Source of the DNA: Thermoanaerobaculia bacterium
GTDB lineage: Bacteria > Acidobacteriota > Thermoanaerobaculia > Multivoradales > Multivoraceae
Length of the DNA stretch: 64,000 bases
Reading direction: 5' to 3'
Assembly: GCA_022823665.1 (NCBI GenBank)
Contig: JAJEHN010000027.1
Span: 383 to 64,382, forward strand
The stretch's first letter is position 1. Each line of letters opens with the position of its first letter. Made by a program: the position numbers and the translations under genes. The notes beneath the pieces were generated by a model. The model did no database searches and was not told the DNA's origin. It saw nothing but the letters and a program-made list of their open reading frames with translations. Of the stretch, positions 57,658 to 64,000 are shown piece by piece.

Positions 57658-60462
57658 ATGAAGAACTCGGGCACCCGCGGGGACGCGGGATCCACCACGC
57701 GGCGGCTGACCGGCCTCGCGGCCGCGGTTCTCGCGGTCTTCTTCGTTGCCGCCGGCGCGGCGGTCGCCGAGGACGGCTCCGCCACCGGCATGATCCTCGA
57801 CGGCCGCAGCGGCACGCCGGTGCGCGGCGCCACGGTCACCGTCGAGGGCGGCTCGGCGTCGGCCACGACGTCCGTCGACGGGGTCTTCCAACTGGCGCTG
57901 CCGGCGGGAACGCATGCGGTCGTCGTCTCGGCGGAGGGCTACGCATCCCAGCGCATCCTCGATGTCGTCGTCGAGGCGGACGGCCTGGCGCAGTTCAGCG
58001 CGGTCCTCATGCCGGCCGCAGAGGGCGCCGATCAGGAGGCGGCGCTCTCGGAGACGATCACGGTCGAGGCGGCGGCGATCGACGCTTCCGCCTCCGCGCT
58101 GCTCGCCGAACGCAAGGCATCGGCCGAGATCATCGACAACATCGGCTCGGAGGAGATCTCGAAGAACAGCGGTTCGGACGCCGCCGACGCCCTGCGCCGG
58201 GTGACCGGCATCTCGCTTCAGGACAGCAAGTTCGCCTATGTCCGCGGTCTTGGCGACCGCTACGGCAACACGACCCTCGACGGGTCGCGGATTCCCTCGA
58301 CCGAGTTCGAGCGCAAGGTCGTACCGCTCGACCTGTTCGACGCCGACCTGCTGGACAACATCACGGTCAGAAAGTCGTACTCGCCGGAACAGCCGGGCGA
58401 CTTCGCCGCCGGGGCGATCGAACTGGTGACCCGGAGTTTCCCGGCGCGCCAGGTGCTTTCCGTCGGCCTCTCGAGCGGTCACAACTCGGAGACCACGGGC
58501 AACGCGCTGCTCCAGGACCCGATGGGCCTCAGTTCCTCCGGCGCCGGCGGCCAGCCGCTGCCTGCCGACTTTCCGGATCGGGCGGTCGTGCGCCAGAGCC
58601 GTTTCCTCGGCATCGGCTTCGGCAGCGCAGATCTCGAACGGATGGGAGAGCAGATCGTCGGCCGCTGGACTCCGACCAGCAGCGAGGACGCCCCGTTCGG
58701 CCGCGGGGGGAAGATCGCCTACGGCAACACCTTCGGCGACCTCGGGGTGATGCTGGCCGGCAACTGGGACAACAGCTTCGAGTCGCGTGCCGAGCAGCGA
58801 ACGTTCTACTCGGTCGGCCAGGGCGGCGCGATCGTGCCGCTGCACGCCTACGACTTCGACTACGGCGTGGAGCAGGTGAAGAGCTCCTGGATGGGCAACT
58901 TCTCGATCCGGGCGGGCGATGGCGGCCAGATCGAGATCCGGTCGCTGCAGACGAATCTCAGCATGTCCGAGGCGCGCTTCCAGGAGGGGTTCTTCTCCGA
59001 CATCAACAACGACATCGAGGATCACCGGCTACAGCATGAGGACCAGGAGGTCTTCAACCTGCAGGTCGGCGGCGATCACTACGTCTCGGGCGTCGGCTCG
59101 AACGGCAGCACGCTGAGCTGGCGCGGCTCGTCCTCTGTGGCCACGACGCACGAGGATCTGCGCCAGACGATCTACGAACTGTTCGACGACGGCTTCCGCC
59201 TGACGAACAACGGCCAGAGCGGCTTCATGTACTTCAACGACCTCGAGGACGAGATCGACGACTACCGTGCCGACTGGGAGACCTTCTTCGCCGGCGGCGA
59301 CCGCTTCGGCAGTTTCAAGGTCGGCGTGCGCCGCTGGACGAACGACCGGGCCTTCGGCGGCCGGCGTCTCCGCATGTTCCCCAGGAACACGGAGGGCATC
59401 GACCTCACCGGCACGCCGGAGCAGATCTACACGCCGGAGAACATCGACTTCTTCGGCTTCCAGTTGACCGAGGTGACGAACGCGACGGACAGCTACGGTG
59501 CGGACTGGGGCGTCGACGCGGCCTATGCGCAGGTCGACTACGGCCGGCGGAACTGGAGGGTCGTCGGCGGTCTGCGATTGGAGGAGTCGGACCAGAACGT
59601 CCGCACGATCGACCGGACCGCCCTGGGCGGCGCGGAGACGGTGACGAACAAGTCCCACAGCGACATCGCCGGTTCACTGAGCGTCATCCGCAGCCTGGGC
59701 GCCACGCAGAATCTGCGCTTCAGCGTCTCGCGGACGGTCAACCGGCCGGAGTTCCGTGAGATCGCGCCGTTCCGGTTCAAGCACATCGTCGGCGGTTTCG
59801 TGGTGGTCGGCAACCCCGACGTCGAGCGCGCCCTGATCGACAGCTTCGACGCCCGCTGGGAGTGGTTCCCGTCCGCCGGCGACGTGGTGGCCGCGAGCGT
59901 CTTCTACAAGGACTTCACCGATCCGATCGAAAGCGTCGTCATCTCGGCGGTCGAGCCGACGGAGACCTTCCGCAACGCGGAGGGCGCCCGCAACCTGGGC
60001 GTGGAGCTCGAGTTCCGCCGCAACCTCGGCTTCGTCGGTTCCGCCGCCCAAAACTGGACGGCCATCCTGAACTACACGTTCATCGACTCCGAGATCCGGA
60101 TCGACGCCGGCACGACGGTGCTGACGAATCCCGTCCGGCCGCTGACCGGTCAGCCCGAGAACCTGGTCAATCTCGGGCTCGAGTGGGCGCCGGACAGCTA
60201 CGACACCACGCTTCGCGTCCTCTGCGGCATGGTGGACGACAAGGTCCACCTCGGCGGCGTGTTCGGTCTGCCGGACGTGATCGAGGAGGCGCGCAGCAGC
60301 GTGGACATCGTGTGGCGCCAGGGCATCGTCGGCGGCCTGGACCTCAAGCTGGCGGTCGTGAACGCCCTGGGTGAGGAGCGCAACTGGAGCCAGGGTGGAG
60401 AGACGTTCCGCCTCTACGATCCGGGCAGGGCGATCAGCGTGGGCGTCGGCTACTCGTTCTAG
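57658..60462 (+). CDS. TonB-dependent receptor with an N-terminal carboxypeptidase-regulatory-like domain
   Basis: Plug motifs ADALRRVTGIS, YVRGLGDRY and VPLDLF; VNRPEFRE; C-terminal VGYSF. Confidence 0.92.
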   Translation: MKNSGTRGDAGSTTRRLTGLAAAVLAVFFVAAGAAVAEDGSATGMILDGRSGTPVRGATVTVEGGSASATTSVDGVFQLALPAGTHAVVVSAEGYASQRILDVVVEADGLAQFSAVLMPAAEGADQEAALSETITVEAAAIDASASALLAERKASAEIIDNIGSEEISKNSGSDAADALRRVTGISLQDSKFAYVRGLGDRYGNTTLDGSRIPSTEFERKVVPLDLFDADLLDNITVRKSYSPEQPGDFAAGAIELVTRSFPARQVLSVGLSSGHNSETTGNALLQDPMGLSSSGAGGQPLPADFPDRAVVRQSRFLGIGFGSADLERMGEQIVGRWTPTSSEDAPFGRGGKIAYGNTFGDLGVMLAGNWDNSFESRAEQRTFYSVGQGGAIVPLHAYDFDYGVEQVKSSWMGNFSIRAGDGGQIEIRSLQTNLSMSEARFQEGFFSDINNDIEDHRLQHEDQEVFNLQVGGDHYVSGVGSNGSTLSWRGSSSVATTHEDLRQTIYELFDDGFRLTNNGQSGFMYFNDLEDEIDDYRADWETFFAGGDRFGSFKVGVRRWTNDRAFGGRRLRMFPRNTEGIDLTGTPEQIYTPENIDFFGFQLTEVTNATDSYGADWGVDAAYAQVDYGRRNWRVVGGLRLEESDQNVRTIDRTALGGAETVTNKSHSDIAGSLSVIRSLGATQNLRFSVSRTVNRPEFREIAPFRFKHIVGGFVVVGNPDVERALIDSFDARWEWFPSAGDVVAASVFYKDFTDPIESVVISAVEPTETFRNAEGARNLGVELEFRRNLGFVGSAAQNWTAILNYTFIDSEIRIDAGTTVLTNPVRPLTGQPENLVNLGLEWAPDSYDTTLRVLCGMVDDKVHLGGVFGLPDVIEEARSSVDIVWRQGIVGGLDLKLAVVNALGEERNWSQGGETFRLYDPGRAISVGVGYSF

Positions 60463-60477
60463 CGGCGCCCGCTCGAA

Positions 60478-61635
60478 CTAGAAGTCGAAGTGCAGCAACA
60501 CGCCCGCGTGCTCGACCGATCCGGCGCCGTCCGGGTCGGTCGACACGTAGTTCATGAGCACCCGCAGGTTGCCGCGGAGGGTCCAGTTGAGGGCCAGGGA
60601 CACACTCTGCTGGCTGCCGCCGAGAGTGGAGCCGCCGGTCAGATCGATGTGGTCCCAGCGCGCCGCGAGTTCCCACGCGCCCCTGCCTTCGGGCACGGGC
60701 GCCTTCGGCCTCACCCTGGTGAAGGAGCGGCCGCTTCGGCTGTAGGCCTTTCTCTCGCCGGTGAGGAACCAGCCCGCTTCGACGTACTGGGCGTCGAAGC
60801 GGGCGCTCTTGCTTACCGGGGAGCCGGCCGGAAGGAGATCGACCTGGGCCGACAGCACCTCGCCCTGCAGCCAGAAGGAACTCCGCGCGAGCAGGAACTC
60901 GGCGCCCAGCAGCCGCATGCCGTCGGCCGGCAGCCAGCCCGTGTCGACCTTGCGCGGCGCGAGCCGGACGCCGGTGCGGCCGCGCAGGCGGACGGCGTCC
61001 GCGGTCGGCTGGCGGTGGGAGAGGGCCACGCCGAGGTGGAGCAGGGGATCGCTTTCCTCGTCTCCATCCAGGGCGAGACCGCTGAGGCGGCCGGTCAGGC
61101 TCCAGTCCGATCCGGGCCGCATGTCGTAGCCGTCGCTGTCGCGGAAGGCGCCGACGGCCCAGGCGACGCGGTCGCCGGCCAGCCGGTCGTGGACCATGAA
61201 GCCGAGGTTCCGGCCCGGCGCCAGGGCGGTGACCGCGGCAGGGCGGGCGATGAAGGAGTGGTAGTTGGACGATTGCTGGATCGAAATGCTGAACGGCTCC
61301 TTGAAGTGGCCCGCGCGGAAGGTGGCCGCGCCGTCGTTAGGCGTTGCCTCGAGGAAAACGTCCGTGGGCACGACGTCGCCGCTCGCGATGTCGTGCTCGA
61401 TCTTGAACGTGAACCGTTCGAGGAAGTCGCCGTTCAGCACCAGGCGGGCGCGTCTCCAATCGACGCCGTCCTCGAACTCGAACCGCTCTTCGAGCGCCGG
61501 GTCGGGCGAGGAGGAACTGGCCTCGACGTGAACTCGCCCGCCGACGGAGATGTCGAAGGCTCCGTCTTCCTGCGCCTGTGTCGTGGTGGCCGCGCTGACC
61601 AGAAGCAGCGCGGCAAGAGCAGGGGAACGGAACAT
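60478..61635 (-). CDS. Phosphate-selective porin (OprO/OprP family)
   Basis: WRRARL, GHFKEPFS, GWFLTGE, GAWELAARW, LNW, C-terminal FDF; divergent from phoB. Confidence 0.88.
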   Translation of the reverse strand: MFRSPALAALLLVSAATTTQAQEDGAFDISVGGRVHVEASSSSPDPALEERFEFEDGVDWRRARLVLNGDFLERFTFKIEHDIASGDVVPTDVFLEATPNDGAATFRAGHFKEPFSISIQQSSNYHSFIARPAAVTALAPGRNLGFMVHDRLAGDRVAWAVGAFRDSDGYDMRPGSDWSLTGRLSGLALDGDEESDPLLHLGVALSHRQPTADAVRLRGRTGVRLAPRKVDTGWLPADGMRLLGAEFLLARSSFWLQGEVLSAQVDLLPAGSPVSKSARFDAQYVEAGWFLTGERKAYSRSGRSFTRVRPKAPVPEGRGAWELAARWDHIDLTGGSTLGGSQQSVSLALNWTLRGNLRVLMNYVSTDPDGAGSVEHAGVLLHFDF

Positions 61636-61717
61636 TCACAGTCCTCGCTGGGTCGGTGTGGGTCTCGGTGGCGTTGCCGGGAGCAGCCGGCCCGGCGGCC
61701 GCTCGCCCGGCTACCCT

Positions 61718-61755
61718 TTGAAGAAAGGGTGAAGAGAACGTGAAGAAGGCGTGAC
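61718..61755 (-). promoter_or_regulatory. Putative tandem Pho boxes for the porin gene
   Basis: Minus-strand GTCAC, CTTCAC, CTTCAC and CTTCAA at exact 11-bp spacing. Confidence 0.65.
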
Positions 61756-61837
61756 CCGGTCGTTCGTGTCAGGGCCGGAGACGAGAGCCCCGGCTTTATC
61801 GCCCGTTCACGAAAGAGTGGCTAGCCTTGGTTCAGGC

Positions 61838-62539
61838 ATGAGCGCCACGAAGGTCGTCGTCATCGAGGACGAACCGGACATTCTCGAACTGATCGAGTAC
61901 AACCTCCGGCGTGAGGGCTTCGAGGTTGCCACCGCGACCAGCGGTCGGAGCGGACTGTCGGTGATCGGCCGTGAGAAGCCGGACATCGTGCTGCTGGACC
62001 TGCTGCTGCCGGGCCTGGACGGGCTGGATGTCTGCCGCCGCCTTCGTTCGGTCGACTCGACCCGTGACCTGCCCATCATCATGGTCACGGCGCGCGGCGA
62101 GGAAAGCGACGTGGTTCTCGGTCTCGGCGTCGGCGCGGACGACTACATCCACAAGCCGTTCAGTCCCCGGGAACTGATCGCGCGCGTTCGCGCCGTGCTT
62201 CGGCGAGGCGGTACACGGGAGCGCGACCCGGAGCGGAAAGTGGTTCGGGGCCCGCTGGCGATCAACCCGGTGAAGCACCGGGTCAAGGTCGAGGGCCGGC
62301 GCCTGGAGTTCACGCCGACCGAGTTCCGGCTGCTGCACTTTCTGGCTTCTCATCCCGGCCGCGTGTTCACGCGAGGCCAGCTCCTGGACCGGGCGATCGG
62401 CGACCGCGCGGTGGTGATCGACAGGAACATCGACGTCCACATCCGGGCGGTGCGCAAGAAGCTCGGTCCGCACCGTGACCTGATCGAGACGGTGCGCGGG
62501 ATCGGGTACCGTTTCCGGGAGGACGAAGACCGGGGCTAG
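61838..62539 (+). CDS. phoB: OmpR-family response regulator PhoB
   Basis: VIEDE, LLDLLLPG, ARGEESD, GADDY, TPTEFRLL, DVHIR, IETVRGIGY; phosphate-regulon context. Confidence 0.85.
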   Translation: MSATKVVVIEDEPDILELIEYNLRREGFEVATATSGRSGLSVIGREKPDIVLLDLLLPGLDGLDVCRRLRSVDSTRDLPIIMVTARGEESDVVLGLGVGADDYIHKPFSPRELIARVRAVLRRGGTRERDPERKVVRGPLAINPVKHRVKVEGRRLEFTPTEFRLLHFLASHPGRVFTRGQLLDRAIGDRAVVIDRNIDVHIRAVRKKLGPHRDLIETVRGIGYRFREDEDRG

Positions 62540-62558
62540 CGTTGCCAACACGGAACCG

Positions 62559-63938
62559 ATGACTCGCTCACCGCTGTACTGGAGACTGACCCTGAGCGGG
62601 GCCGTTCTGCTCGCGGCGGGATTCCTGACAGGCAGCGCCATGGCCTCCGGCCTCCTCGGCGCCGCCGTGGCTGCGCCCGTGGCCATCCTGGCGGTTGCCG
62701 CGGCCGGGGTTGGCGCCCGTCGGCTGGCGGAGCGCGCCGGGCGTCTGGCGGAAAAGGCGGCCGAGCTCGTCGGAACCGAGCCTGAGTCCGGCGTTGGAGA
62801 CGAGTTGGCGCGGCTTGAATCGGGTCTCGAGGCGGGCCGGACGCGGTTCGCCGAACAGCTTGATCAACTGAGGGCCGACCGGAACCAGTTGACGGCAGTG
62901 CTTGGCGGCATGGTCGAAGGAGTGGTGGCGATCGACCTCGACCGGCAGGTGCTCCACCTGAACGCGGTCGCCGCGGAGTGGTTCGGACGGTCGTCTCCCG
63001 AGACGGCGGTCGGCCGTCCCGTCTACGAGCTCTCGCGGCAGCCTGAACTCTCGGGGGCCCTGATCGAGGCGATGGAGAAGCGAACGCAGGTGAGCCGGTC
63101 CTTCGGGCTCGCGAGTTCCGACAGCTCGGAGGTCGACCAGCGGAAGTTCGAACTGAACGCGTCGCCCCTGCTCACGGCGAGCGACAGCGGCGAGCTGGTC
63201 GAGGGCGCTGTCGCGGTGATTCACGAGACCTCCGAGCTGGAGAGGCTGGAGGGCATGCGCCGCGACTTCGTGTCGAACGTCTCGCACGAGCTGAAGACGC
63301 CGCTTACCGCGATCCACGGCTACGTCGAGACATTGCTCGAGCGGGAGGACGTGGACGCCGGAACCCGGCGCCGTTTCCTCCGCAAGATCCGCAAGCAGAG
63401 CAGCCGTCTGGGCGCCCTCGTCTCCGATCTGCTGACCCTGTCGCGGATCGAATCCTCGGCGGAGCGGCTGGAGAACCTCGTCGACCTGCGGGCGCAGGTG
63501 GAGGAAGTGCTGGGTCTGCTCCGGCCGTCGGGCGACGCGCGGGGCCTGGAACTGGTGGCCGACTGCCCCGGCGCGCCGGTCAACGTCCGCGGCGAGGAGG
63601 AAGCGCTCCGGCAGGCGCTGTCCAATCTGGTCGACAACGCGGTGAAGTACTCGGCGGAGGGCGGAAGGGTCGTCGTTCGCCTCCACGCGCTGAACGGGCG
63701 GGCGGTTCTCGAGGTCGAGGACGAGGGGCCGGGAATTGCCCCCGAACATCTGGATCGGATCTTCGAGCGCTTCTACCGCGTCGACCGGGCCCGCTCACGG
63801 GAGCTCGGTGGCACCGGTCTCGGGCTCTCGATCGTCAAGAACGTCGTTCAGAGGCACGGCGGGGGTGTCGAGGTGGAGAGCGAACGGGATCGCGGCTCGA
63901 CGTTCCGTTTCTGGCTGCCGACCGCGCGCCAGTCCTGA
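62559..63938 (+). CDS. phoR: PAS-containing sensor histidine kinase PhoR
   Basis: RRDFVSNVSHELKTPLT, NLVDNAVKY, DEGPGI, FERFYRVD, GGTGLGL. Confidence 0.88.
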   Translation: MTRSPLYWRLTLSGAVLLAAGFLTGSAMASGLLGAAVAAPVAILAVAAAGVGARRLAERAGRLAEKAAELVGTEPESGVGDELARLESGLEAGRTRFAEQLDQLRADRNQLTAVLGGMVEGVVAIDLDRQVLHLNAVAAEWFGRSSPETAVGRPVYELSRQPELSGALIEAMEKRTQVSRSFGLASSDSSEVDQRKFELNASPLLTASDSGELVEGAVAVIHETSELERLEGMRRDFVSNVSHELKTPLTAIHGYVETLLEREDVDAGTRRRFLRKIRKQSSRLGALVSDLLTLSRIESSAERLENLVDLRAQVEEVLGLLRPSGDARGLELVADCPGAPVNVRGEEEALRQALSNLVDNAVKYSAEGGRVVVRLHALNGRAVLEVEDEGPGIAPEHLDRIFERFYRVDRARSRELGGTGLGLSIVKNVVQRHGGGVEVESERDRGSTFRFWLPTARQS

Positions 63939-63943
63939 CTCCG

Positions 63944-63960
63944 CTTCACGCACTCTTTAC
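63944..63960 (+). promoter_or_regulatory. Putative Pho box for the next gene beyond the window
   Basis: CTTCAC (63944) and CTTTAC (63955) are 11 bp apart. Confidence 0.45.
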
Positions 63961-64000
63961 ACGGCTGCGCGAGATTCCAGCGCGGCCTCGATTGTGGCCG

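Overview
This is a high-GC window from a diderm bacterium, probably a marine-sponge symbiont (inferred from the sup-type PKS cluster and the dense TA, restriction and CRISPR content). Left to right it contains: (1) a CitE-family lyase; (2) a sup-type cluster (NCS2 permease, a 3188-aa KS-AT-DH-MT-ER-KR-ACP-KS PKS, alpha/beta hydrolase, PPTase, free ACP); (3) envelope genes (DUF5916-like barrel, sulfatase-like protein, LolA-like protein, ABC exporter, barrel); (4) pstSCAB with two pstB genes; (5) a ~17-kb defence island with TA modules, pseudogenes, an IS21 remnant, a type I-E CRISPR array, cas3 plus cas8e-cas11-cas7-cas5-cas6e-cas1-cas2, and a standalone DEDDh exonuclease; (6) lipid-oxidation genes including two atypical P450s; (7) an S9 peptidase; (8) a Pho-regulon block (frameshifted surface protein, TonB receptor, OprO/P porin, phoB, phoR). 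The most notable signal is in the ~510-bp cas3-cas8e gap. It holds a hidden mini-CRISPR: two degenerate 29-nt repeats around a 20-nt spacer that matches (18/20) the -10/start region of a sigma70-type promoter about 400 bp upstream. Between the promoter and the mini-array is an unusual tRNA-like cloverleaf. This suggests Cascade autoregulation and possibly a CreTA-like RNA toxin-antitoxin with a tRNA-mimic component. All calls come from reading the sequence by eye; no database searches or folding programs were run.
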